In this document: piece by piece, positions 1 to 13,410 of the stretch
Position numbering within the stretch: position 1 is the first letter of the stretch
Layout: each line of letters opens with the position of its first letter
DNA from: Eledone cirrhosa
Taxonomy: Eukaryota
Length of the DNA: 64,000 nt
Direction: 5' to 3'
Assembly: GCA_964016885.1 (NCBI GenBank)
Contig: OZ024742.1
Span: forward strand, 248,868,001-248,932,000
The notes under the pieces: generated by a model
Database searches by the model: none
Told to the model about the DNA's origin: nothing
Seen by the model: the letters and a program-made list of their open reading frames with translations, nothing else
Program-made: the position numbers and the translations under genes

Positions 1-410
1 TGTTTAACTGTTTCCTTTGGGGCATATATGAAGAGTTCGAGGGTCTTCCTAGTATGGATGAACCTACATATAATTAATCATGTGAGAAACAGCCCTCTTC
101 TAGCTTGTCTCCGACGACCTGCAACGTTTTATCTTGGAACTTAATGGTCATTGCTTAACTGACACTTACTGGGAATTGCAATCTGTGGTATTGGTAATAT
201 TCTAGGTATAAATACAATGTCTCCCTTACCATATCCGGTGAGGATCTTGGCATTGATAATATGAGGCAGTAGCTCAGTCACAACCATATGCGTCCCATTA
301 CACAATCATTGCTGATCACGCTTTCTGAGAAGCATGATGACTGTGTTATTCTTCAATTAAAGATGTTATGTAACATACCGGATGGTTCCACACTGTTGAA
401 AAACTATGCT
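1..410 (-). mobile_element. Degenerate Helitron Rep/Hel PIF1-type helicase C-terminal fragment
   Basis: Minus-strand translation, with stops and frameshifts, gives FFNSVEPSGM..LKNNTVIMLLR..LCNGTHMVV..ILTGYGKGDIVFIPRI..LQFPVSVS*AMTI..KTLQVVG..CFSHD*LYVGSS. These match PIF1/Helitron helicase motifs (LCNGTRL, FPxxxAFAMTINKSQGQTL, FSHGQLYVA). Confidence 0.85.
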
Positions 411-489
411 GTTATGAACGGCAAGTGTTGCTCTTCCACACAGAGAACACTTGATTAAGTTTACAACACTTTCCACAGCAGTAGAAAAT

Positions 490-990
490 AATTGTTTCTA
501 CTTTTGGCACAAAAGCCAGTGCATTACTGGTACTTCATTTTATCGACCCCGAAAGGAGGAAAGGCAAAGTTAACCGCGGCGGGATTTGAACTCCGAATGG
601 AAAGGGCCGGAACTCTATGCGTCAAAGCATGGCGTCCGACCAATACTGTCAATCCGCCGCCCTTTTCAGTAGAACAACAGTAGAAAATAATCGTTTCTAC
701 ATTTTGGCACAAGGCCAGCAATTACCCAGTACATTACTGGTACTTTATTTTATCGACCCCGTAAGGATGAAAGGCAAAGTGAACTTCGGCGGGATTTGAA
801 CTCAGACCGTAAAGGGAGGTAACTATGCTGGAAAGCATGGCGTCCGACTCTCTACCGATACTGCCAATCCAACAAAAGTAGAAAATAATTGTTTCTAAAT
901 TTGGCACAAGGCCAGCAATTACCCAGTGTATTACTGGTACTTTATTTTATCGACCCCGTAAGGATGAAAGGCAAATGTAACCTCGGCGGG
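490..990 (-). mobile_element. Three tandem copies of the tRNA-derived SINE (490-662, 689-870, and 5'-truncated 887-990)
   Basis: Same consensus as the other copies: A box-like TGGCAGTATCGG, B box GAGTTCAAATCCC, core GCCTTTCATCCTTACGGGGTCGATAAAATAAAGTACCAG, tail GGCCTTGTGCCAAAAGTAGAAACAATT. Each copy is bounded by an ACAGTAGAAAATAAT-like duplication. Confidence 0.9.
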
Positions 991-1587
991 AACAACAGTA
1001 GAACATAATGAAGGAGCAAAGCGTCCGCCAGTATCAAGGAATTGCTTTCCTATGAATTTAAAAGGCTGATATTTGTTTACCTGTAACTTCGAGGTTCCAT
1101 CTCAATTCCTACCTCTATTTTAGGAAAAAGAAGCCGTTGGCGAGTAAGTCGGATGTCAGATTGGTCGAAAAAAACGAAAGACCTAGCAAAGAAATATTAC
1201 CCACAGAAAAAAATCTCCGAGGCTGCTAGTATATCGGTTGGTAGTTGGATACCACATTGGACATATTAGTTGTTTGTTCTGCAAACATGGCAGCATCAGA
1301 ACCATTGTTAACATATTTGCACACAAACTTCATAGGTTTGCTTCTCACACCACATTCCACTTTTGGGAAAAAAAGGGGATTGCGAGCATGCTGGAGGTTA
1401 CATTACTTGAAAACGCAGGAAAAAATCCTTGGTAAAAAAAATTTCTTCGCGATTCCAAACATGCGGTTTTCTATGAATTTGAAAAGGGTGCTTACCTGTA
1501 ACTCCAAGAGTCCCGCCTCCGCTTTCAGATAAAGGAGCCGTTGGCGAGTAAGTCAGAATAATAAAGACAACAATCATTTGTCATTAT

Positions 1588-1985
1588 AATTGTTTCTACT
1601 TTTGGCACAAGGCCAGCAATTACAGTGCATTACTGGTACTTTATTTTATCGACCCCGTAAGGATGAAAGGCAAAGTTAACCTCGGCAGGATTTCAACTCA
1701 GATCAGAAAGGGGCGTAACTCTGTGCTACAAAGCATGTTGTCCGACCCTCCACCGATACTGCCAATCATTTGTCATTATAATGAAAGTCATTAGGGCGGT
1801 GGATTGGTAGTATTGATAGAGGGTCGGACGCCATGCTTTTCAGCGAAGAGTTACGGCCCTTTACGGTCTGAGTTCAAATCCCGCCGAGGTTAACTTTGCC
1901 TTTCATCCTTACGGGGTCGATAAAATAAAGTACCAGTAATACACTCGGATAATTGCTGTCCTTGTGCCAAAAGTAGAAATAATTA
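1588..1985. mobile_element. Head-to-head pair of the tRNA-derived SINE (1588-1767 minus; 1794-1985 plus) with overlapping target-site duplications
   Basis: AATCATTTGTCATTATAAT flanks the minus copy and ATTATAATGAAAGTCATT flanks the plus copy. Confidence 0.9.
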
Positions 1986-2214
1986 TAATGAAAGTCATTT
2001 TTTTAAAGTCTGTGTTTCTTTGGCATACAGAATCACACACTTGCAGGGAAATAAACAGATTATGTTTTAGTTAGTAACAGCATGACGGACGAACAGACAG
2101 AACCTGGGTGCTAGAAAGAGCAGTAAATTATCCCCAAACTCGCCCTCCATTCCATTTTCGGAATCTAAGTCGACAGCGAGCTTTAGTGTTATTAGCGGTT
2201 AACTTATAATATAT

Positions 2215-2272
2215 AAACGGAAAAAATGAAACAAAATTTCATTTCCCACTCTTAGTACGGCTGTTACATACT
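2215..2272 (-). repeat. Short fragment of the ~425-nt HHR-bearing repeat (family D)
   Basis: AAACGGAAAAAATGAAACAAAATTTCATTTCCCACTCTTAGTACGGCTGTTAC matches 10474-10525 and 47144-47197. Confidence 0.8.
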
Positions 2273-2275
2273 TAT

Positions 2276-2331
<56 letters not shown>

Positions 2332-2499
2332 CAGTGTACATACATACGTACGCACACACACACATACACAAATAACTATATATATCGCCCCTATATGCAC
2401 CTCATGTACATCAAAAGATGTTTTTGTAAGTGGGTTAGGGTATATGCAAAATATTTCATTCACCACACGAGGTTGCATTTCTCTGGAGAAAGAAGAATC

Positions 2500-2882
2500 C
2501 CTGATAGCAGGCTTGGAGGGGGTCCTCGTAATATATCGGTTGTTGGTCTGCCAAAATACATATTGCTTGATAAAATCTCGGATTCCAGCCTAACGTCAAC
2601 GTCCATCCTTGTCTTAAATTTAACGTCTTTACTGACTCTCCTGCGACTTTTCACGCATGCTTGTACCGCAAGTGCAAGAAGAAAGATTTTTTTTATAAGC
2701 CAAGATTTTTTAGCCACTTTCTTTACTCAGCTGATATCATTAAACTAGGGATCTTTCTGCCATCCATTACCTTCCAAAATCACTTTCGTCAGCTGCATTT
2801 CAAAACTGAAGTAAAAACTGCTGAGCTAAACATTCTCCACTCCGTTTCGACAGCTGCAGTTTGTTCAAGGTGTTCTCTGAAT
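2500..2882 (-). mobile_element. Degenerate RTE-clade (Expander/Rex3-like) LINE ORF fragment between endonuclease and RT
   Basis: Minus-strand peptide FREHLEQTAAVETEWRMFSSAVF...KKVAKKSWL...LRYKHA...RLESEILSSNMYF resembles the IESEWxMFxxxI...DFRSASKKFWQT linker of Expander/Rex3 elements. Confidence 0.55.
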
Positions 2883-2900
2883 GCAATAGTATCTATCTAT

Positions 2901-2991
2901 CTAAGGCGGGTAAAATTCCTGAGATCCATGGACGAGTTCTCTCCAGCGGACTCTGTCCCTCATTATCGTTGCCATGTCCTGCGTCTCCAAC
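2901..2991 (-). mobile_element. 3' tip of the RTE LINE family ending ...[10 protein letters not shown]
   Basis: Near-identical to the reverse complement of 50021-50111. Confidence 0.9.
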
Positions 2992-3189
2992 TTGTTGAGG
3001 ATAAGCGGGCAGAGCGATCCAAAAGCATTTCACGTCAATAGTGTATCCCAACTAAGAGTTGGTGATTAGGAATGACGGGTTATTTATTTATCACATAAGA
3101 GTATGTCTGCTGTCATTACAACAGGGTGGTTATACATGACGAGCGAGCAGAATATCGCAATGACTGCATAGCTGCACGTATGATTTCGT

Positions 3190-3245
3190 AAGAATCTGAT
3201 GAAGTCACATGCATACACGTGTAACAGAAATATATATCATGATCA
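3190..3245 (+). ncRNA. Degenerate type I hammerhead ribozyme motif
   Basis: CTGATGA (3196) - GTCACATG/CGTGTAAC stem II - GAAA (3227) - TATATA palindromic stem III - TC. Stem I is poorly paired. Confidence 0.55.
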
Positions 3246-3293
3246 TGCAATAAAACAATTATGGTGAAATAATCCCGTCTTAACTACTCTTAC

Positions 3294-3352
<59 letters not shown>

Positions 3353-3535
3353 GAACATAGAGGTGGAATATAGAGATATATATGTAAAGAGGGAGAGATA
3401 AATACGTAGATATTATATAGAGAGATTAGTTTAAGAGAAAACAAGACAAAAAGAAAGGTCATTGTGAGTATGGTGGTTTATGCGTATATACTTAAAAACA
3501 AATATATTTACATATACACACACACACACACACAC

Positions 3536-3597
<62 letters not shown>

Positions 3598-3608
3598 GTA
3601 TGCATACC

Positions 3609-3665
<57 letters not shown>

Positions 3666-4349
3666 TTACATATACATACAACTATATATATAAATAAAAA
3701 GATATGTGTGTGTGTATATATATATATAGAGAGAGAGAGAGGTCGGGGAGCGAGAAAAATAGATAGATAGACGGTATAAAGATATACTGCGAGAGAAAAA
3801 AGAAAACGTGAATGATCTTAGACTGTATAATGGTATGTAAGTATGTATATGTATATATAAATATATGTATATCGATAGACTGATAGATAGATGAATAGAT
3901 GTAACTAGATTTATATATATATATATGTGTGTGTGTTTGTGTGTGTCCACACATCTATATATATTTATATACACACACATATATATATATGTATGTATAT
4001 CTGTGTGCTGGCGTGTGTGTCCGTGTATGGCTGAAACTAGAATGACAGAGTGTGATGTGGTGTAGACGTACACAGGATAAGCAACATTTGTATATCTCAG
4101 TACTTGCTGTACGTTATTTGTGTTTTATGTCTTAGTTCGCGAAGTTAAAGAGAATTTGTTTTGGAAGCTAGCTAATTCTTCACTTCCAATTATAGATCTA
4201 AAATTAACTCTAGTCTTCATAAAACTGACTGAAACAATTCAGGAAACCTGTATTTACCTGGTTGATCGCTAGCACTCTTTCGCCTATGTTGCACAAATCA
4301 TCGTATCTCTGCTGCCCACCTAACCGTTCCTGCAACCACCACTACCAAC

Positions 4350-4740
4350 CACACCATTCTTACCGTGTCTGCTATCAACTTCAAATTCCTACAACCCCTG
4401 CTACAGACCCCACCATTCTTACTATCTCTGATACTAATCTCACCATTCCTACCATGTCACTTATCAATCTCACCATATCTACCAACTCTACCATCAGCTT
4501 CGCCATTCCTACTATCTAAGCTACCGACCATAACATTCCTACCTACTCCGGTACCAACTTCACCATTTATTACCATATCTACTACCAACTTCACCATTAC
4601 TGCCATCTCTGATGTCAAACTCACCGTTCCTATCATTACTGATATCAATCTAACCATTCCTACACAATCTGATCCCAACCTCACCATTCCAGCCATCACT
4701 GATACCAATCTCACCATAGCTACGATCACTGCTGCCACCC
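4350..4740 (+). repeat. Degenerate 30-bp minisatellite, about 13 units
   Basis: Consensus about CTCACCATTCCTACCATCTCTGATACCAAY with a 30-bp period. Translates as TIPTISDTNL repeats but contains a stop and a frameshift. Confidence 0.85.
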
Positions 4741-4779
4741 CAACAATACCATCACATCGAAAACTCCCACCAATCCCAC

Positions 4780-5202
4780 TACCACTACCACTACTACTAT
4801 TACTACTACTACTACTACTACTCTACTTCTTCTTGTTGTCTCTTTTTATCTCCCTTCTCTCTCACTCTTTCTCTCTCTCTATCTATCTCTCTCTACATAT
4901 ATATACATATATATATATATATATGCAAGGACATATACATATTACATAAATATACATATATATACATACACACACCCATATATATATATATGCATATGTA
5001 TGTGTGTATGTATATATATACATATGCATATATATACATATGTGTGTGTGTATGTATATATATGTATATTTATGTAATATGTATATGTCCTTGCATATAT
5101 ATACATATATATGTATATATATGTATATATATATGTAGAGAGAGAGAGATATAGATAGAGAGAGAGAGAGTGAGAGAGAAGGGAGATAAAGAGAGACAAA
5201 AA

Positions 5203-5260
<58 letters not shown>
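4780..5260. repeat. Local inverted duplication (about 200-bp arms) of microsatellite-rich DNA
   Basis: 4780-4975 (…ATCTCCCTTCTCTCTCACTC…GCAAGGACATATACATATTACATAAAT…) is the reverse complement of 5040-5260. Confidence 0.85.
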
Positions 5261-5963
5261 TGTGTGTATGTATATATATACATACATATATATGTTGTTG
5301 CATGTGTGTGAGGGAGTGATTTTGAGTATTTCCGTGTTAGAGTTTACGATTACTCTTTATGTCACATAAATTGTCAGTTCGACAAAAAGTGATTGATAGT
5401 ATAAATACCAAATTTGAAAAAATAAGCACTGACTAAATTGTTTTCAATAGGTACTCCAGCCTAGCCGCAATCTAATGACGGAAACCAGTGATAGGGCACA
5501 ATTATTCGAAGTTCGATATTACAAGAATGTTCTCTAGTATCAAAATAATTCTAATCGTCTTCACAGCTTTAGGGTCAACACCATAAAACTGAAAATAACA
5601 AATTGCTCTCCTGTAAATGACTGCCTTGCTTAGTATTGCATATAAACTCAAGTACGTATTCTATCCAATTGAATCGGGGAGTTTGGATGTTAAATGTGTG
5701 TGTATTTTGTGGGATTTGTATGCTTTTGGGTAGTCTTGATAATGGATGATTTATTTATTAGATTTATGTACATTGGCTTATTCCTATTGGGGCATAATAA
5801 ATAGAAAATATTCACTGGTGTATGTTTGTATGTAAAAATATATATATAAGTGTGTGTGTGTGTTTGTGTGTTTGTGTCTGTGTGCCTGTACGTGAATGCG
5901 TGTCTGTGTGTTTGTCAATATATATATATGTGTATTTATATATATATATATATGTGTATATAT

Positions 5964-6095
<132 letters not shown>

Positions 6096-6196
6096 AAGAA
6101 TGTAGGGAGTAGCTATAGATATATACTCACACACACATATATATATATATATATGTACACACACACAAAAATGTAGGGAGGTAGCTATAGATATAT

Positions 6197-6235
<39 letters not shown>

Positions 6236-6719
6236 CGCATTATTGGGGACGTCAAATAGGTTATGTTACTGATATTGATACAGGCTCAATCAGTGATTCA
6301 CCCTCAACACCCTCAGCCCAACTCTCTCACCCGCATCCTCTCTCACTAAACCTCTCTCTCACGAAGCATCATTCTTACAAACACCTCTATCTCCTTACTC
6401 TCTTTCTCACTCTCACTCTCTCTCTCTCTCTAACTCTGTTTTACTCTCCCTTTGTTTTCCCGTTATTTCCTCCTGGATTCTATATATATATATACATGCA
6501 AGTATTACAAAAAAAGATGGATTATTTGTATATAAATATTGTCTTAACCCAAATCTCAGATATTCTCAAATATTGGCAGGATTAGAAGGATTGTAACGAA
6601 ACCCTTGAAAATAAGTTCATATATTATATTTCAAATTTATTTTCTGGAATTTTCCACTCTTATACCACATTACACCCACGTATACATAAACACACACTCT
6701 CACAAACACACGCACATAG

Positions 6720-6759
<40 letters not shown>

Positions 6760-6911
6760 TTAATACAATAACAGAAAGCTTTAAGCTAAACTCTGACTGG
6801 CTACCATCTCACTCAACAAACAGGATATACGTTAGTATAATCCCTTATATATAATATATATATATATATAATATTATATATAAATATATATATATATATA
6901 TTATATATATA

Positions 6912-7040
<129 letters not shown>

Positions 7041-7086
7041 TATTAATTCAAAATATTAACAAAATAAATATTCTTGTGATCAATTA

Positions 7087-7153
7087 TATTTTATTATACA
7101 TATTTCAGACGTACTGAGTTAAGTTCAAGAGTACGTCCTCATCAGATAAAATA
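7087..7153 (-). ncRNA. Intact type I hammerhead ribozyme motif
   Basis: Minus strand: TATTTTAT-CTGATGA-GGACGTACT(loop)AGTACGTCT-GAAA-TATGTA-TA-ATAAAATA. This gives an 8-bp stem I, a 9-bp stem II, a canonical core and a near-palindromic stem III. Confidence 0.9.
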
Positions 7154-7332
7154 AGATGATGCATGGCATATCCTGACATAGTAGATGGTTAAGATTCAGT
7201 CATGGTAGTCTGAATATTAATTCATATTTTGAATTAATATTAATAACTCTGGAAAACCCCACTGTTGAGTGCTTCCAATCTATTGTAAAACTCATTCTTT
7301 GATGTATTCATTGAACGTTGTTTAACTTTTAA

Positions 7333-7364
<32 letters not shown>

Positions 7365-7412
7365 ATATATATATATATATATTTATATAAGTATATGTTT
7401 TTATATATATGT

Positions 7413-7514
<102 letters not shown>

Positions 7515-7593
7515 TCTTTTACCCTTATACCTGTTTCAGCCATCCGGCTATATATATATACATATATATATACATACATATATATATACATAC

Positions 7594-7700
<107 letters not shown>

Positions 7701-7894
7701 TATATATATGGTTCTGAGTAAATATCAATATATGTATGTGTGTGAACTTATATGTATTTTAGTAATAAATATTTTCTAATCTTATTAAATTACAAGATTC
7801 GTGCTGTACGCACAAATATAGTCTTGTCACCCCACCCCACCCCACAGACACACATCCCCCACACACACACACATACGCACATATATATACATTC

Positions 7895-7925
<31 letters not shown>

Positions 7926-8569
7926 CTAAATCTGTGAGTGTGTGGGGGGGGATGTGTGTGTGTGTGTGTGTGTGTGTGTGGCTGTCTTGGTATAATTAGT
8001 AACTGGATTTTCTTTAATCGTACTTTTGATTTTCATTTACAAATTTGCGATTGCATGTATATGTGTGCAAGTATGTATGTGTATGTGTTCATATAGTTTG
8101 TACCTGTATCTATGTTCGTTTGCTTATATCTGTGAGCGTGTGTGTGTTTATGTCGCTTGTGCGCTTGTCAACTTTATATGTGCAACAGAATGTATTGTTG
8201 TCAAAGTTTATTCGTCACACACTTTCTCAATGAGTATTTTGGCTTTCTATGTCTCCTTTTTTACTGATTTTGTTCTAGTTACTTATCCTTGCATATCTGG
8301 GGTCTGTGGGTGTTATGCGCATGCGTGTGCTCCCGTAAGTGTCTGTATATATTCTACTACCCTAACAATTTTCCGTTTATTTACATTTATCTGCATCCTC
8401 AGCATATTTGTGTATACACTGGTAACCGTACAAGAGTCTTTGTATATCCTTACGTATCTATATGAATCCGTATAAACGCATTGAAATCTCTAACGTCATA
8501 GCTATATCATGGGGCTGTTGCTATTCTATTCCTGCGTTCTTCTGAGACTGTGTCTGTATATGCACACCA

Positions 8570-9290
8570 GTTTAACTATTTCTGTGTCGTCATATTTTTG
8601 ACATCAGCCTCTAGGTTTTGTGGTTATCACTATTCCATTATTGGTTTCTATTAAGGGTAGGTTGTATTTTCTGATATATGGATGGCTTACCTATCCCGTG
8701 TGAACATTGCGTCGGTCCTTTGTCAGGATATGATTTTGAATTCAATGTTTTCCAGTGAGTTACCATAATCTAATGTGATGCATTTTAATTAGAGCACTGT
8801 GAATTCCCGCCAGAAATCCTTCATTCTTCATCCTACAACACGTGCTGTTTCTTCTACGTACGTTGTTGTCTCATTCAAACTTACACCTCTCTGCCTCTTA
8901 TGCTAACTTTACCAGATATCTCTAGGCCTAACTTACAGACTATCGCATTTCTATCAGTTCTGTGCTTCTTTATTTTGTTTTGTTTTTTTGCAAAGTGTAC
9001 GTTGTGCTGCTTAAAGATTTGATAGGGATTCTTGGTTGTTCTACCATTTTAAAATTAAGTTAAGCCTATCTAAATTCTTTCGAAACCTATAAGCTAATTA
9101 GCCTACGCAGGTAGTATCGAAGAACATCGCACTGTGGTATTTTTGTTATCCTTTTTATTCTGTTCCATGAGTTCCTACACACCGGGGATACACATTTCGC
9201 ACTATTGTCTATTATAATTTTCAATTTCAGTGATCTGGATGCAGTAGATGTGTGGCTCTCTAATTCATTTAGGAGCACACATGCCATGCA
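8570..9290 (-). mobile_element. Old Penelope-like element remnant (GIY-YIG 3' end) followed by an HHR relic
   Basis: Minus-strand pieces VRPRD..KRQRGV..TYVEETARVVG*RMK..LENIEFKII..AIHI..QPTLNRN are typical of PLE GIY-YIG C-termini. A CTGATG...GAAA-TAGT-TA relic lies at about 8572-8609. Confidence 0.6.
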
Positions 9291-9514
9291 AATTCCTCAC
9301 CAACCTTAATAGGTCCGATACTAGGGTAACGTTTTTCACGAAAAAATAATTTTCACTGATACAAATCTATTACATAGACAAAAAGCTGAAGCGACTAAGC
9401 TGAAATTTTACGAACACTGCCGCATTTCTATATAGAATATAAATTTCAACAATCTATGTACTCATATTGAATACTCATTCAGTTAACGTTTAAAATGTAT
9501 ATACATATATATAT

Positions 9515-9941
9515 ACAAAACCACGTTTATGTTATAAATATTAGTCTAATGACTCTGTTTATACCATAAACGTGGTTTTGTCGTTTTGTTGCTTTTTTTT
9601 ATACTTTGCATCAAATTGTTCTCAACGCTCCACATAACGGCGTAATTATCTTCGCTTTTTTCCCGTTCATTGCCAGGGAACGTCTTCCCGAATTAAAGTA
9701 TCGTCTTCCTGTTTTTCTTCGGTTGCAACGTTTTTCGAAATATTTACTTCTGCGTCCACAGATTGATTTTTTTTTTTTAGTTTCAGAAGATCCCGTTAAG
9801 TGTGAAAGCAGCGATTCTTTGCTTAAACTTTAATCTGTTATTTTAATAAATATTTGCTCTACGGTTTTTATATATGTTTATGTATATATTGTCTTTATAG
9901 AGCCATCTTCGGATTTTAGTCTTCAGATTTATTATTATTAC

Positions 9942-9945
<4 letters not shown>
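9515..9945 (-). mobile_element. Non-autonomous Helitron-like repeat; further pieces at 18860-19025, 45778-46040, 46705-47060, 48293-48540, 48676-49085 and 50493-50630
   Basis: Shared block TTTCAGAAGATCCCGTTAAGGGTGAAAGCAGCGATTCTTTGCTTAAACTTTAATCTG. Copies at 46977-47010 and 48478-48510 carry a GC hairpin plus CTAG (CCCGAGCAACGCGGGGCCATTCTGCTAGT on the minus strand), the Helitron 3' signature. Confidence 0.7.
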
Positions 9946-9972
<27 letters not shown>

Positions 9973-9973
9973 G

Positions 9974-10338
<365 letters not shown>

Positions 10339-10398
10339 TATATATATATATATATATTCTTTTCTTTAAATAATATATATATATATACATGTGTGTAT

Positions 10399-10473
<75 letters not shown>

Positions 10474-10476
<3 letters not shown>

Positions 10477-10999
10477 AAAAAATGAAACGAAATTTCATTT
10501 CTCACTCTTAGTACGGCTATAACTTAAATATAGGTATGTATACGTACATACATATATGTATACAGACGTACAGAAGTATGTATATATACATACATGCACA
10601 CACATGTATATGTACGTATGGATTTATCGAACATTTATTATAATGATCGGTGTGTTTGTAAACAAACATCCCGATTTAAGCCGTACAGTGTTTAGCAACC
10701 ATTGTTGCCCTTTTGTTCAACACTGACAAAGGAACGATGTACTAATTTCAAGCTTATTAGTTATCGTCAGCACCGTATACCTTCCTGCTAGATGATTGAA
10801 CGTCTGAAAGTATATACTTTCCTCATGCATATTAACGGCTGAACAGCCTAATTCGCCTATCGATTGAGTTAATCGGCCGGGTGCACCGAAAACGATAAAT
10901 TTAAAAAATGAAACGAAGTTTCATTACTCTTAGTACGGCTGTTACTTAAATATAAGTATGTATACATATATGCATATATGTATGTACGTATACATACCC

Positions 11000-11000
<1 letters not shown>
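10474..11000 (-). mobile_element. Family D: ~425-nt non-coding HHR-bearing monomer plus a partial second tandem copy (retrozyme-like)
   Basis: AATGAAACGAA recurs at 10481 and 10907 (426 nt apart). Flanked by (TA)n, with no ORF and an HHR inside. Confidence 0.8.
10734..10776 (-). ncRNA. Type I hammerhead ribozyme (family D)
   Basis: ACGGTG-CTGACGA-TAACTAATAAGCTT-GAAA-TTAG-TA-CATCGT, with a 6-bp stem I. Confidence 0.8.
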
Positions 11001-11096
<96 letters not shown>

Positions 11097-11182
11097 TATA
11101 TACATATATATATACAGAGAGGGAGAGAGGTTGTATACATGTTTTTAGAACGCAGTGTATATTACATCGACTCTCTCTCTCT

Positions 11183-11217
<35 letters not shown>

Positions 11218-11781
11218 TATTGCAAATGTAACTCATATTTCGCACTCAACTTAATTCATATATTAATTAGCTATCAGCATGCAGCTAATTATATGCAAAT
11301 GCAGCATATTACTATAAGGCATTGGTAATATAAGAACCTCCGCTACGTTTTTCCTTGGGGGTTGTTTGGATGATATGCATGAGGTTGTTCGGATGATACA
11401 CTACTATATCACTACGTAGTCCTTCTTTGATAAACTAACTGTTTATTTGTGGTGAAATAGCTTTTTCTGTCTTTCTTTTATTCTCTCTCTACCTCCCTCT
11501 CCTGCCATGTCTACTCTTTCTTGCGAAAGTATGTTAATTTTCCATAAATTGTATTCTTATTTGTTTACCTACTCGCTTCCTGTCTAAGTCGAAAAACCTT
11601 CCCTTGTTTTCACCTGGCTCTATGTTGTTGTGATGTCTCTTATGTATCTTTCCGGAGGTCTGCTGTACACTCTGGGCTTCATATTATACCATACCACCAG
11701 GGGAGGCTGGCGAATAAATGAGACCCTTTGTTCGTTCATTCCTTATATTTCATGTGCAATTTTGATAACATACATATACAT

Positions 11782-11852
<71 letters not shown>

Positions 11853-12045
11853 AGCAAGGAAAAGTTGACGTAAACACTATATTATAGATGTATATATATT
11901 CTCTACCTAAACTCAAGAGATGAGAACTAATCCTCTCTCTACCCCAACACCGTCGCTCCATCTGCTAAAACTAAATGTGTGCACTGATTGCCACTCCATT
12001 ACTGCAATTCCTCCAAGGGCCACATGGGTCACATATATATTGTCT

Positions 12046-12176
12046 GAGGGCCACACACGACAACTAATTGTGCACATTACAACTATCTTTACGAGGATAA
12101 AACTTCTTCGCGCTGTAAAAACCTTTGTGCGGGCCGCGGGTGTGCTTGTAAAGGGCCGCATGTTTGACATGCCCGA
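12046..12176. mobile_element. One end of a hAT (Charlie-like) non-autonomous DNA transposon
   Basis: Ends in GGGCCGCATGTTTGACATGCCCG followed by ACCTAGAC, which resembles a hAT-Charlie TIR and an NNCTAGAN-type target. Confidence 0.55.
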
Positions 12177-12327
12177 CCTAGACTACAAACCATTTCACCT
12201 TTCTCCAATCCTTACTACACCATATTACAACACCATTACAGCACTTCCTACACCATTCTACACTATTTCCTACACCATACAACAGTGATACTATATGCTT
12301 TTAATTCTATTTTGTGTCTCTTTTCAG

Positions 12328-12407
12328 CTTCCATAAAATCTGAGCAGTTTTTTTGTCCAGTATCTGGTGGATTTACATATCGAACTATAAACAGATTAAT
12401 TAATGAG
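12328..12407 (+). CDS. Putative internal exon (phase 1 to 0) of an uncharacterised Cys-patterned protein: SIKSEQFFCPVSGGFTYRTINRLINE
   Basis: Polypyrimidine acceptor TGTGTCTCTTTTCAG, donor GAG|GTTTGA, open frame. Joins in frame to 23064. Confidence 0.7.
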
Positions 12408-12914
12408 GTTTGATCTTAATTACTTCAATTAACATCTTCATTTATTGTGAATAGCACTGTTTTTGTGGTACTTATTATTTTTCTTGCTGTTTTTGTTGTT
12501 GTCGTCGTCACCGTGGTCGTCACCCTCGTCGTTGCCGTCATAGTCACTGATGTTGTCTTTGTTGTTGCCATTGCTCTTTGTTATTCTTGTTCTTGTTGTT
12601 TTCGTTGTAGTTGGTGTTGTTGTTGTCTTCGCTATCGTCGTCACTGATGATGTCATTATTATTAATACCATCGTCGCTTTCTCTAATGCCGTCGTCTTTA
12701 TTGTTGTTAATTTTGTTATTGTTCCGGGTTACCTCGCCCCTCCCACCCGTATGCGGCCTGATCAAACAAACTTATGATCAAAATATTTCCACCCATGACA
12801 ATCCCAACTGTTGTTTTATTTTTCTCTTACAGAAAGCAGGATTTGAACTCAGGATAAACAGAGACAGAACAGATGCTAAAATATAAGCTATTCGACGCTG
12901 AAATATTATTTGAG

Positions 12915-13410
12915 GGTGATGGACTGACAATATGGGTTGGGCACCGGACAACATGCTGTCTGGTATAGAATTGTGGCCTTTTACGTTCTGAGTTCAAATC
13001 CCAGCGAGCTTAGCTTTGCCTTTCATCCTTAATGGGGTCGATTTAATAAACCTTCCCCTCCCACCAAACAGTTGTCCTTCTGCCTGAATTAGAAACCATC
13101 CAGTATCGGTAGAGCACAGGACAACATGAGTTGCAACATATAGTTGAGACCCGTTAAGGTTTTATTTCAAATCCAACCAAGGTTAGCTTTGCTTTTTATC
13201 CTTACGATGTCGATAATATAAAGTATTAGTACAGCAATGGGGTTGACTTTCCTCTATCCCTACAAATTGCTGGCCTTGTGCCAAACCTAGTATCAATTAT
13301 TTCGTTAACACTCCAAAGGATGAAATCCAAAGTTGACCTTGGCAGAATTTAAATTACGAGCGCAAAGAACATGTACAATTGCTACAAACAATTATTTCCG
13401 ACATTCTAAT
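12915..13410. mobile_element. Cluster of older, diverged tRNA-SINE copies
   Basis: GAGTTCAAATCCC..GCTTTGCCTTTCATCCTT..GGGGTCGAT and GCTGGCCTTGTGCC remnants. Confidence 0.7.

Noticed and set aside
490-990. Repeat-spacer-like alternation resembling a CRISPR array
   Set aside because: The spacers are homologous SINE copies and the repeats are target-site duplications. The context is eukaryotic, with no cas genes.
1045-1560. Direct repeats about 420 bp apart around a mariner-like peptide (KISEAASISVGS)
   Set aside because: Similarity is too short and degenerate to call a transposase, and no HHR was seen between the repeats.
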